Assembly: GCA_964016885.1 (NCBI GenBank)
Contig: OZ024764.1
Location: 4,774,001-4,838,000, forward strand
From: Eledone cirrhosa
Taxonomy: Eukaryota
DNA: 64,000 nt
Direction: 5' to 3'
How positions within the stretch are numbered: position 1 is the first letter of the stretch; every line of letters starts with the position of its first letter. The translations under genes and the position numbers were made by a program. Positions 50,056 to 62,456 of the stretch are shown here, piece by piece. Under the pieces are notes generated by a model that saw nothing but the letters and a program-made list of their open reading frames with translations, ran no database searches and was not told the DNA's origin.

Positions 50056-53000
50056 TTATATGATGCTCGCTACCTCCCAAATAACCGACAGTGACTATAT
50101 AGTTATTGCAGGCGACCTAAATGGTCACGTTGGACAACATTGTGACGGCTATGACGGAATCCATAGAGGCTATGGGTTCGGTACTAGAAATGAGGAAGGC
50201 TCCAGAATCCTGGAATTCTGCGACGCAAATAACTTAACTATCTGTAACACTAACTTCAAAAAACGAGACAATCACTTGATCACCTATAGATCGGGGGAAC
50301 ACACAAGCCAGGTAGATTATATCCTTACCAGAAGACGTGACAGAGTGTCTGTTGTTAACACTAAATCCCACCCCCATGAAGAATTCACCTCCCAACATAG
50401 ACTGATAATTAGCGACCTCATAGTCAGGACGAGACGTACTAGACAGCGGAAGAGGACTATCCTCAGGAGAAAAATATGGAAGCTAAAGGACCCCATAGCC
50501 AGAAATAAATTCCAAAGCATATTACTTGACGCTTTCGACAGTAAGGAAGAGCAATTAGAGTCGTATAATATAGAGGAACAGTGGGAATTCCTGAGAGCAA
50601 ACCTGCTGACGGCGGCAGACGAAGTCTGTGGCTGGAGCAGGCCTGTAGGTAGGAGGAGAGTAACATGGTGGTGGAACAGTAAGGTGGAGGAGTCAATTAA
50701 GGCCAAAAAGCAGGCTTGGAAAGTATGGCGGGATGGGGGAAGTAGAGAAGACTATCAAGTGGCCAGGAGGGAAGCTAGGAGACAAGTGTACTTCGCAAGA
50801 AGGGAAGCAGAGGAAAGAAAGTTCAAGCATGTTCTACAACGTGAGGACCAAAAACGTGAGGTGTTCAGGATTGCCAGGCAATGTGTCAAGGAAAACCGTG
50901 ATATTGTCGGGGAGAAGTGTGTACTTAACGATGATGGCATACTTGCCATCACCGACGCTGATAAGAAGGTAGCTTGGAAGTGTCACTACGAAAGGCTTCT
51001 AAATGAGGAGAACAAATGGGAGAAAGACAGTCTCCCCCAGATCGATCCAATAGAGGGACCAGCAGTGTTAGTTGAAGGTAGTATAATAAGTAAGGCAATC
51101 AAAGATATGAAGACGGGTAAGGCGGCTGGGCCTTCGGAAATAGTTGCTGAGATGCTGAAGGCATCTGGTTCGGTGGGACACACCATGGTCACCCGGATAG
51201 TTAACCAAGTCGTACAGAATGGGGTTGTTCCGAAGGAATGGCGTAGCAGCATCATCGTTAACTGCTATAAGGGAAAAGGAGATGCCCTAGATAGGAGTAA
51301 CTATAGAGGCATTAAATTAATCGACCAGGTCATGAAGGTCACGGAAAAAGTAATAGCGCAACTAATCAGAGAGAGAATTGATCTAGATGAAATGCAGTTC
51401 GGGTTTGTGTCAGGCAAAAGTACCACAGACGCTCTTTTCATTGTACGACAACTACAGGAGAAGTACCTAGCTAAAAGTAAACCCCTATACTTAGCTTTCG
51501 TCGACTTGGAGAAAGCCTTCGACAGAGTCCCCCGTTCCATTATCTGGTGGTCTCTTAGAAAACTAGGTGTTGACGAATGGCTTGTGAGAGCTATACAAGC
51601 CATGTATAAAGAAACAGTCAGTAAGGTTAGAATTAACAACGAATATAGTGAAGAGTTTAGCGTAAAAGTTGGTGTCCATCAGGGCTCTGTTCTTAGCCCC
51701 CTACTATTTATTATTGCCCTTCAGGCTATAACAGAGGAGTTCAAGACCGGCTGCCCATGGGAACTCCTATACGCAGATGATCTAACGCTCATAGCTGAAT
51801 CAATGACCGAACTAGAGAAGAAATTCCAAACGTGGAAGCACGGCCTAGAATCAAAAGGCCTTAAAATTAACCTGGCTAAGACTAAAGTTCTAGTTTGTAG
51901 GAAAGAAAATAAGGCGGTGGTCCCATCGGGGAAATGGCCATGCTCAGTGTGTAGGAAAGGCGTAGGTAGAAACTCCATTTTATGTCCCAAATGCAAAGTA
52001 TGGGTGCATAAAAGATGTAGTGGGATCACAGGTAAGCTAACTAAGAAGATAGATTTTACATGTGGCCGGTGCTCTGGTGCAATAAGTAGCAGCAAGTGCC
52101 CACAAAATACTAGCTCCTTCAACTGCGCAGAGGGTTCTATAGAAATAGTGGACAGCTTCCGTTATCTGGGTGACAAAATCAGCAGTGGGGGAGGGTGCTC
52201 TGAAAGTACAGTAGCTAGAGTCAGAACTGGATGGAAAAAGTTCAGAGAGCTTATACCAGTATTAGCCGCTAGAGGGTTCTCCCTAAAAATGAAAGGCAGG
52301 TTATACGATGCCTGCATACGAACAGCAATGCTGCATGGCAGTGAGACCTGGGCATTGTGTGCAGAGGATATACGCAGACTAGAGAGGAACGAAGCTTGCA
52401 TGCTCCGCTGGATGTGCAATAGTAATATACGTGAACGGCAAAGCATAAACGAACTAAGGAAAAAATTAGAAATAAGAGGGATCAGATGTTGTTTACTCGA
52501 GAGAAGGCTACGTTGGTACGGTCATGTGATGCGCATGAAAGACGACAGCTGTATAACAAAGTGCAGGGCAATAAAGATAGACGGTAACCACGGAGTAGGC
52601 AGACCCAGAAAAACATGGGACGAGCTGATAAATTCCGACCTCACACGCTTACACCTCTCCAAGACAATGTCACTGGACCGAGACCTTTGGCGGTACTCAG
52701 TAATAGAGAAGACCCGCCTTACCTAAATACAAAGTAAAAACCTACTACAGTCAGTAGGCATCTCTATCAAAACACACCCCCGTCCCACCACCCTCCACCC
52801 CACCCACACCGCCCCTTTCAATGTAAAGTTATGTTGGTCCCACAACATCCAGGCCGAAACAAATGAGATCGTGTAGGTGTCACGACAAAAATCACACAGT
52901 CCACGCTGTAAATGTGGCCGTGTAGGCAACACGGTAAAAACCTCCCAGCCCCACACTGTAAATGTGGTTGGTGTTAGGAAGGGCATCCAGCTGTAGAAAA

Positions 53001-53236
53001 CCCGCCAGACAGTCCACGCTGTAATGTGGCCGTGTAGGCAACACGGTAAAAACCTCCCAGCCCCACACTGTAGATGTGGTTGGTGTTAGGAAGGGCATCC
53101 AACTGTAGAAAACCCGCCAGACAGTCCTATGCGAGCAAGACAACCACTCTTGCCTCAAGTGGGAAAACCCCCGTCCAAACCCATGCAAGCGTGGAACACG
53201 GACGCTAAACCTGATGATGATGATGATGATGATGAT
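50056..53236 (+). mobile_element. RTE family B LINE, 5'-truncated, with ~500-bp structured 3' UTR
   Basis: Uninterrupted ORF to 52726, 3' UTR matching 34440-34813, (GAT)n tail, inserted in satellite (TA)n. Confidence 0.97.
50060..52726 (+). CDS. RTE-B polyprotein (partial AP endonuclease, RT, PHD-type finger), N-truncated
   Basis: GDLNGH, FVDLEKAFD, GVHQGSVLSP, LLYADD, CSVC..CPKC..H..C..CGRC, FRYLG; the ORF-track start at 50027 lies in satellite. Confidence 0.93.
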   Translation: MMLATSQITDSDYIVIAGDLNGHVGQHCDGYDGIHRGYGFGTRNEEGSRILEFCDANNLTICNTNFKKRDNHLITYRSGEHTSQVDYILTRRRDRVSVVNTKSHPHEEFTSQHRLIISDLIVRTRRTRQRKRTILRRKIWKLKDPIARNKFQSILLDAFDSKEEQLESYNIEEQWEFLRANLLTAADEVCGWSRPVGRRRVTWWWNSKVEESIKAKKQAWKVWRDGGSREDYQVARREARRQVYFARREAEERKFKHVLQREDQKREVFRIARQCVKENRDIVGEKCVLNDDGILAITDADKKVAWKCHYERLLNEENKWEKDSLPQIDPIEGPAVLVEGSIISKAIKDMKTGKAAGPSEIVAEMLKASGSVGHTMVTRIVNQVVQNGVVPKEWRSSIIVNCYKGKGDALDRSNYRGIKLIDQVMKVTEKVIAQLIRERIDLDEMQFGFVSGKSTTDALFIVRQLQEKYLAKSKPLYLAFVDLEKAFDRVPRSIIWWSLRKLGVDEWLVRAIQAMYKETVSKVRINNEYSEEFSVKVGVHQGSVLSPLLFIIALQAITEEFKTGCPWELLYADDLTLIAESMTELEKKFQTWKHGLESKGLKINLAKTKVLVCRKENKAVVPSGKWPCSVCRKGVGRNSILCPKCKVWVHKRCSGITGKLTKKIDFTCGRCSGAISSSKCPQNTSSFNCAEGSIEIVDSFRYLGDKISSGGGCSESTVARVRTGWKKFRELIPVLAARGFSLKMKGRLYDACIRTAMLHGSETWALCAEDIRRLERNEACMLRWMCNSNIRERQSINELRKKLEIRGIRCCLLERRLRWYGHVMRMKDDSCITKCRAIKIDGNHGVGRPRKTWDELINSDLTRLHLSKTMSLDRDLWRYSVIEKTRLT

Positions 53237-53250
53237 ATGTGTGGTGTGTG

Positions 53251-53288
<38 letters not shown>

Positions 53289-53328
53289 ATATACAGACAT
53301 GTATATAATGTGAAATGAAACTGGAAGG

Positions 53329-53376
<48 letters not shown>

Positions 53377-53717
53377 GTGCGTGTATATATTTGATATACA
53401 GACATGTATATAATGTGAAATGAAACTGGAAGGCCTATATATATATATATGTGTGTGGTGTGTGTATATATTTGATATACAGACATGTATATAATGTGAA
53501 ATGAAACTGGAAGGCCTATATATATATATATATATATATGTGTGTGGTGTGTGTATATATGTGATATACAGACATGTATATAATGTGAAATGAAACAGGA
53601 AGGCCTATATATATATATATGTGTGTGTGGTGTGTGTATATATGTGATATACAGACATGTATATAGTGTGAAATGAAACAGGAAGGCCTATATATATATA
53701 TGTGTGTGTGGTGCGTG

Positions 53718-53762
<45 letters not shown>

Positions 53763-53902
53763 GATATACAGACATGTATATAATGTGAAATGAAACAGGA
53801 AGGCCTATATATATATATATGTGTGTGGTGTGTGTATATATGTGTGTGTGTGTATATGTGATATACAGACATGTATATAATGTGAAATGAAACTGGAAGG
53901 CC

Positions 53903-53936
<34 letters not shown>

Positions 53937-53993
53937 GTGTGTGTATATATGTGATATACAGACATGTATATAATGTGAGATGAAACTGGAAGG

Positions 53994-54029
<36 letters not shown>

Positions 54030-54345
54030 TGTGGTGTGTGTATATATGTGATATACAGACATGTATATAATGTGAAATGAAACTGGAAGGCCTATATATA
54101 TATATATATATATATGTGTGTGGTGTGTGTATATATGTGATATACAGACATGTATATAATGTGAAATGAAACTGGAAGGCCTATATATATATATATATGT
54201 GTGTGTGGTGTGTATATATGTGATATACAGACATGTATATAATGTGAAATGAAACTGGAAGGCCTATATATATATATATATGTGTGTGGTGTGTGTATAT
54301 ATGTGATATACAGACATGTATATAATGTGAAATGAAACTGGAAGG

Positions 54346-54389
<44 letters not shown>

Positions 54390-54446
54390 GTGTGTGTATA
54401 TATGTGATATACAGACATGTATATAATGTGAAATGAAACTGGAAGG

Positions 54447-54488
<42 letters not shown>

Positions 54489-54648
54489 GTGTGTGTATAT
54501 ATGTGATATACAGACATGTATATAATGTGAAATGAAACTGGAAGGCCTATATATATATATATATGTGTGGTGTGTGTATATATGTGTGTGTGTGTGTGTA
54601 TATATGTGATATACAGACATGTATATAATGTGAAATGAAACTGGAAGG

Positions 54649-54690
<42 letters not shown>

Positions 54691-54749
54691 GTGTGTGTAT
54701 ATATGTGATATACAGACATGTATATAATGTGAAATGAAACTGGAAGGCC

Positions 54750-54783
<34 letters not shown>

Positions 54784-55111
54784 GTGTGTGTATATATGTA
54801 ATATACAGACATGTATATAGTGTGAAATGAAACAGGAAGGCCTATATATATATATATATGTGTGTGGTGTGTGTATATATGTGATATACAGACATGTATA
54901 TAATATGAAATGAAACAGGAAGGCCTATATATATATATATATATATGTGTGGTGTGTGTATATATGTGTGTGTGTGTGTGTGTATATGTGATATACAGAC
55001 ATGTATATAATGTGAAATGAAACTGGAAGGCCTATATATATATATATATGTGTGTGGTGTGTATATATGTGATATACAGACATGTATATAATGTGAAATG
55101 AAACTGGAAGG

Positions 55112-55151
<40 letters not shown>

Positions 55152-55208
55152 GTGTGTGTATATATGTGATATACAGACATGTATATAATGTGAAATGAAA
55201 CTGGAAGT

Positions 55209-55246
<38 letters not shown>

Positions 55247-55485
55247 GTGTGTGTATATATGTGATATACAGACATGTATATAATGTGAAATGAAACTGGA
55301 AGGCCTATATATATATATATGTGTGTGTGGTGTGTGTATATATGTGATATACAGACATGTATATAATGTGAAATGAAACAGGAAGGCCTATATATATATA
55401 TATATGTGTGTGGTGTGTGTATATATGTGTGTGTGTATATATGTGATATACAGACATGTATATAATGTGAAATGAAACTGGAAGT

Positions 55486-55523
<38 letters not shown>

Positions 55524-55642
55524 GTGTGTGTATATATGTGATATACAGACATGTATATAATGTGAAATGAAACTGGAAGGCCTATATATATATATATATA
55601 TATATGTGTGGTGTGTGTATATATGTGTGGTGTGTGTATATA

Positions 55643-55673
<31 letters not shown>

Positions 55674-55853
55674 GATATACAGACATGTATATAATGTGAA
55701 ATGAAACTGGAAGGCCTATATATATATATATATGTGTGTGGTGTGTGTATATATGTGATATACAGACATGTATATAATGTGAAATGAAACTGGAAGGCCT
55801 ATATATATATATATATGTGTGGTGTGTGTATATATGTGTGGTGTGTGTATATA

Positions 55854-55884
<31 letters not shown>

Positions 55885-56097
55885 GATATACAGACATGTA
55901 TATAATGTGAAATGAAACTGGAAGGCCTATATATATATATATATGTGTGTGGTGTGTGTATATATGTGATATACAGACATGTATATAATGTGAAATGAAA
56001 CTGGAAGGCCTATATATATATATATATATATGTGTGTGTGGTGTGTGTATATATGTGATATACAGACATGTATATAATGTGAAATGAAACTGGAAGG

Positions 56098-56135
<38 letters not shown>

Positions 56136-56438
56136 GTGTGTGTATATATGTGATATACAGACATGTATATAATGTGAAATGAAACTGGAAGGCCTATATA
56201 TATATATATATATGTGTGTGGTGTGTGTATATATGTGTGGTGTGTGTATATATGTGTGTGTGTGTGTGTATATATGTGATATACAGACATGTATATAATG
56301 TGAAATGAAACTGGAAGGCCTATATATATATATATATATATATGTGTGTGGTGTGTGTATATATGTGATATACAGACATGTATATAATGTGAAATGAAAC
56401 TGGAAGGCCTATATATATATATATATGTGTGGTGTGTG

Positions 56439-56477
<39 letters not shown>

Positions 56478-56601
56478 GATATACAGACATGTATATAATG
56501 TGAAATGAAACTGGAAGGCCTATATATATATATATGTGTGTGGTGTGTGTATATATGTGATATACAGACATGTATATAATGTGAAATGAAACTGGAAGGC
56601 C

Positions 56602-56635
<34 letters not shown>

Positions 56636-56692
56636 GTGTGTGTATATATGTAATATACAGACATGTATATAATGTGAAATGAAACTGGAAGG

Positions 56693-56734
<42 letters not shown>

Positions 56735-56896
56735 GTGTGTGTATATATGTGTGTGTGTGTGTGTGTATATGTGATATACAGACATGTATATAATGTGAAA
56801 TGAAACTGGAAGGCCTATATATATATATATATGTGTGGTGTGTGTATATATGTGATATACAGACATGTATATAATGTGAAATGAAACTGGAAGGCC

Positions 56897-56930
<34 letters not shown>

Positions 56931-56987
56931 GTGTGTGTATATATGTAATATACAGACATGCATATAATGTGAAATGAAACTGGAAGG

Positions 56988-57027
<40 letters not shown>

Positions 57028-57134
57028 GTGTGTGTATATATGTGTGGTGTGTGTATATATGTGTGTGTGTGTGTGTATATATGTGATATACAGACATGTA
57101 TATAATGTGAAATGAAACTGGAAGGCCTATATAT

Positions 57135-60100
57135 CATCATCATCATCATCATCATCATTTTACGTCCGCTTTTCCCTGCTTGCAAGGGTGGGACGGGTCT
57201 TATTCAGCACAGCATCTCTCCACTCGTCACGGTCCCTCGTCATCTCCACCGTGAGCTTCAATGATCTGAGGTCTGTTCTCACCACCTCCACCCATGTTTT
57301 TCGTGGTCTACCTCTACTACGTCTTCCTTCAACTGGCATTTCCTGGCACTTCTTCACCCATCGGTCATCCTCCATGCGCATCACATGTCCATACCACCTC
57401 AGTCTCCTCTCCCGTACACTACATTCTATCCCTCTCAGACACAGTTTCTCTCTCAACACATTTATGCTGGGTCGTTCACGCACATTTACACTGCACATCC
57501 AACGGAGCATGCTTGCCTCATTTCTCTCCAGCCGTCGCATATCTTCTGCGGTAGCTGCCCATGTCTCACTACCATGCAGCATCGCGCTCCTCACACAGGC
57601 ATCATACAACCGGCCTTTCGTACGCAGGGAGAAACCCTTCTTCGTCAACAGAGGAAGCAGCTCCCTAAACTTCTTCCAACCCGTCCTTATTCTAGATACT
57701 ATGGCCTCGGAACACCCTCCTCCCATGCTAATCTGATCTCCTAGGTACCGGAAGCTATCCACCACTTCTATAGCGCCCTCTCGCATTTGAAAAATGTGTC
57801 TATCAGTGCGACTTCTACTGTCTAATTTCCCTGTACATCTACTGCATACATATTTCTCCCTACCTGTTAGTTTGCCTGCTATCCCGCTACATCTCTTGTG
57901 TACCCAGGACCTACATTGTGTGCATTTTATAGAATTTATGCCAGTTCCTTTTCTGCATATCGAACATGGCCATTTCCCTGACGGAATCAGGGTTTTGTCC
58001 TCTTTTCTACTCATCAACACTTTTGTCTTAGCTAGATTTACTCTCAGTCCTCTTGCTTCCAACTGCTGTTTCCATAGCCGGAATTTATTCTCTAGCTCCT
58101 CTACTGATTCTGCCATAAGAGCCAGATCGTCAGCATAGAGAAGTTCCCATGGACAGCCAGTCTTAAACTCCTCTGTTATGGCTTGGAGGACTATAATGAA
58201 CAAGAGCGGGCTGAGGACCGAACCCTGATGTACTCCTACTTGTATCTGGAATTCCTCACTAAACTCCATTCCTACCCTGACTTTACTGAGAGTACCTCTG
58301 TACAAAGTTTGCACTGTCCTTACAAGCCATTCCTCAACACCCAGCTTCCTTAGGGACCACCAGATGACAGATCGGGGTACCCTATCAAAGGCCTTCTCTA
58401 GGTCAACAAAGGCCAAGTATAGTGGCTTATTCTTCTCTAAGAACCTCTCTTGCATTTGTCTCACCAAGAAGAGGGCATCTGTTGTACTCTTCCCAGGCAC
58501 AAAACCAAACTGCATCTCATCTAGTTTGACCCTTTCTCTAATTAGTTGTGCTAAAATCCTTTCTGCCACTTTCATAACCTGATCTATCAGTTTTATACCC
58601 CTATAATTGCTCCTCTCCAAAGCATCCCCTTTACCTTTGTAGCAATTTATGAGAATACTGCTGCACCAGTCTTTGGGTATGACACCACCATATATAGCCT
58701 GATTGATTATGCGTGCAACCAGTTTAGTGCCTACGACCCCTGATGCCATTCAGCATCTCAGCAACTATTCCCGATGGTCCGGCCGCCTTACCATTTTTCA
58801 TTTCCCTAATCGCCTCTTGGACCCTATATTCGTCAATCTCAATAGCTGGTCCCTCTGTCGGATCTACCAAGGGTAATTTCTCTCTCTCCCATTCGTTCTC
58901 CACATTCATCAGTCTCTCATAATGGCATTTCCAGGCCTCCTTTTTCTGGTCATTCGTGACACTAAGTACACCGGCATCATCCCGGACACATTTATCACCA
59001 ACAACATCCTGATTTGCATTGACACACTGCCTTGCAATGTGGAACACCGCACGCCTCTGATCTTCCCGTCGCAGAACATTGGCAAACCTCCTACTCTCTG
59101 CCTCCCTGTGTGCTAAGTACACCTGACGTCTAGCTTCTCTCTTAGTGGCTGTATATTCTTCCCTACTCCCACCCTTATTCCAAGCCTTCCATGCTAGTCT
59201 TTTGTCTCTAATAGCCTTATCTACACTGCTGTTCCACCACCAGGTCACTCTCTGTCTGGTTGGGGCTCTGCTCCAGCCACAAGTTTCATCAGTAGCCTTC
59301 AGCAAGTTGTCACGTAAGAACTTCCAGTTATTATCTATGTCATACGTCTCTAAATCGTCTTCTTTTTCGTCATATACATCTTGAAGGGCTTTCCTAAATT
59401 TGAATTTTAGTGAAAGGTCTTTTAGCTTCCAGACCTTTCTTCTCCACACCTTCCTATATGGCTCATTCCATCTCTTGCTTACTGAGATATCACTAACAAC
59501 TAACCTATGCTGTGGGGTACATTCTTCCCCAGGGTATGCCTTGGTATTAGACACTATCTGCCTGTCCCGCTGCCTAACTAGCAGGAAGTCAATCTGGCTT
59601 ATGTGCTCACCAGATTTGTAGGTTATTAGGTGATTGGCAGGTTTCTGGAAGTTTGTGTTGCAAATAGTCAATGTACTTGCATCACAAAATTCAAGAAGTC
59701 TCACTCCTTCTTCATTTCTTGAACCGTAACCATGCCCACCATGTACCCCAGTGTAACCATCCTGGAGCTGTCCAACATGACCATTGAAGTCTCCTGCTAG
59801 CATAACGATGTCTCCGTCCTCTGTCATTGTGGTTGTTTGCAAAAGTTGCTCATAAAAGCAGTCTTTCTCATCTTTGCCTAGGCCTGCTTGGGGAGCATAG
59901 ACCGAGATGATTGTCAGTAGTCTCCTACCTACAACTAATCTAAGCTTAATTATTCGATTACTAACTCGAACTACCTCTATTGTCTTATTGATCCATTTCT
60001 CAGCCAGGAAAATGCCTACTCCCCCTAACCCATCATCCTTACCTACCCAGAATAGCTTATAGCTAAGACGCTTGCCTACGACTAGTCTCGCAGAGGCACC

Positions 60101-61695
60101 TCTCCATCTCACCTCTTGCACGCAGCACACATCCACCTGCCTTCTCTCCAGCATCTCCGCTATTTCAGCAGATCTACCTCTGAGAGTGCCAACATTAAGT
60201 GTTGCAACTCTGAGATGCGACGTCTTCATATTTTTTTTTTTCTATGCTGTTTTGTTGCTGTGCTGATAAGCTTTTTGGCATTGATACACTGGTTGGATGC
60301 CCTTCCTAACACCAGCGCCACTTTACAGCATGGACTGGGTGCTTTTATTTGTGCCACCAGCACTAGAGAGGATGTCTTACTAGACTCAAGGGCCCTCTCT
60401 ACCCCTCCATTTTACAGCATGGTCATTTAAAAAAAAAAAAAAAAAAAAACTTATTGACACGACTCACACACTAATACTCATGCATACAAACCACAACCAC
60501 ACATACCAACACTCATTCATGCATACAATCACACACACAACTCACAAACACATATATATATATACATATATTACCGACAGTTCTGATACAAAATCAAAAT
60601 CAAAGTCAAAATCGTCAAAATCACTATCATGTCAACTGTTGACCTTTCCCAGTCCAGTTCGGCTTGTATATAATAACAATAACAATAATAATTGTTTGTT
60701 TACGCTGGTGGATGGTGTCAGTGTGGTGGTGGTGGATGGTATCAGCGTGGTGGTGGTGGATGGTCAGTGATGGTGGTGACAGTTGTTGGTGCTGTAGTTG
60801 TTACTGTTGTTGTTGTCCTTCATTTCACTGCTGCTGTTGCTGCAGACAATGGTGTTGATGCTGTTATTGCTGTCGCATATATACAAATACATACACACAC
60901 ATTCAACACAGACGATGGTGTTGTTGCTGTTGTTGTTGTTGTTGGTGTTGCTGCTGTTGTTGTTGTAGTTGTTGCTGTGTTGAAATCTGGTCGCATCCAC
61001 TGAGATATACATATACACACACATACACATATGTATATACACACACATACACATATGTATATACACATACATACATCAAAAGATAGTCAGCAGTATGTCA
61101 ACAGGGGACAGGACAGCGACCTTAGAGTAATGTGGTGATGGTGGGGAGCGAGTGTAGGCGTTATTGTTATTGTGGTGACGGGGGGGTCAGTGAGATGTTA
61201 CAAGTTCATAGATCACTTCTCTCTTTTCCTCTCTCTTCAAAATTTTGAATTTATGGCCTTTTGCAATGGCGGCCAAGTATATATAATATATATGAAGCAA
61301 AGAAAAGAAAATTTTCACTGATATGAAAGATTTCCTGGTAGAAGTTCAGGTGTATTCAGTGATTGGTATCCAGTTTCGGGGTATCCAATTAGAAAATCCA
61401 ACGAATTTTGAGAGGGGTCCACGCAAGCATATATATAGATATATATATGTATATATGCAAAATGCAAGCAGAAATAACAACACATATACTAATGAACATA
61501 CATTAAACACAGAGGGACTGTAAATGATGATAGCAATATCTAGATATAAATATATAAATGTACATATCTCTATTGGTCTCATAAATTTTAAATTTTCTCT
61601 TTCCTCTTGTGTGTGTGTAGCAACACGTGGTTGTGTGTTGCTGCTGACTCTAGCAGAGCCCAAGAAAACACGTCTTGCCCTAACAGCTGCTGCTC
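57135..61695 (-). mobile_element. Full-length RTE family A insertion (4561 bp) including 1.27 kb of extra 5' sequence
   Basis: TSD CCTATATAT at 57126-57134 and 61696-61704; (CAT)n tail at 57135; ORF 60229-57160; leader module 60270-60428. Confidence 0.9.
57160..60229 (-). pseudogene. Complete RTE-A ORF (AP endonuclease, RT, PHD-type finger) broken by a 1-bp insertion at 58748
   Basis: LRVATLNVGTL, CCVQEVRW, SVYAPQ, GDFNGH through YADD; CTGAATGGCATCA versus CTGAAGGCATCA in the 38.6-kb copy. Confidence 0.93.
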
Positions 61696-61776
61696 CCTAT
61701 ATATATATATATGTGTGTGGTGTGTGTATATATGTGATATACAGACATGTATATAATGTGAAATGAAACTGGAAGG

Positions 61777-61831
<55 letters not shown>

Positions 61832-61896
61832 ATATATGTGATATACAGACATGTATATAATGTGAAATGAAACTGGAAGGCCTATATATATATATA

Positions 61897-62456
61897 TATC
61901 TAGAATAAGGACGGGTTGGAAGAAGTTTAGGGAGCTGCTTCCTCTGTTGACGAAGAAGGGTTTCTCCCTGCGTACGAAAGGCCGGTTGTATGATGCCTGT
62001 GTGAGGAGCGCGATGCTGCATGGTAGTGAGACATGGGCAGCTACCGCAGAAGATATGCGACGGCTGGAGAGAAATGAGGCAAGCATGCTCCGTTGGATGT
62101 GCAGTGTAAATGTGCGTGAACGACCCAGCATAAATGTGTTGAGAGAGAAACTGTGTCTGAGAGGGATAGAATGTAGTGTACGGGAGAGGAGACTGAGGTG
62201 GTATGGACATGTGATGCGCATGGAGGATGACCGATGGGTGAAGAAGTGCCAGGAAATGCCAGTTGAAGGAAGACGTGGTAGAGGTAGACCACGAAAAACA
62301 TGGGCGGAGGTGGTGAGAACAGACCTCAGATCATTGAAGCTCACGGTGGAGATGACGAGGGACCGTGACGAGTGGAGAGATGCTGTGCTGAATAAGACCC
62401 GTCCCACCCTTGCAAGCAGGGAAAAGCGGACGTTAAATGATGATGATGATGATGAT
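61897..62456 (+). mobile_element. RTE family A 5'-truncated young copy
   Basis: Near-identical to 40685-41241; (GAT)n tail; inserted in satellite (TA)n. Confidence 0.96.

Noticed and set aside
50027-50060. Satellite ATG in frame with the truncated RTE-B ORF
   Set aside because: One-in-three coincidence; the equivalent junction at 38539-38571 contains a stop
52869-52943. preQ1-I riboswitch (similar stem plus A-rich tail topology)
   Set aside because: Loops are too short and lack the ligand-binding consensus; only the topology is shared
37205-57134. CRISPR-like constant repeat plus variable spacer architecture
   Set aside because: Spacers are only (TA)n(TG)n length variants, not unique sequences; no cas genes; eukaryotic context
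41119-57185. Many His/Ile/Tyr/Thr-rich ORFs on the minus strand
   Set aside because: Translation artefacts of the satellite; frames switch with microsatellite length
60692-61072. Thr-rich or Val-rich ORFs as an RTE ORF1
   Set aside because: Trinucleotide microsatellite translations with stops and no recognisable domain
60270-61695. HDV-like or hammerhead ribozyme at the RTE 5' end
   Set aside because: Could not build the nested double pseudoknot or find CUGAUGA/GAAA cores by eye; needs an RNArobo/Infernal search
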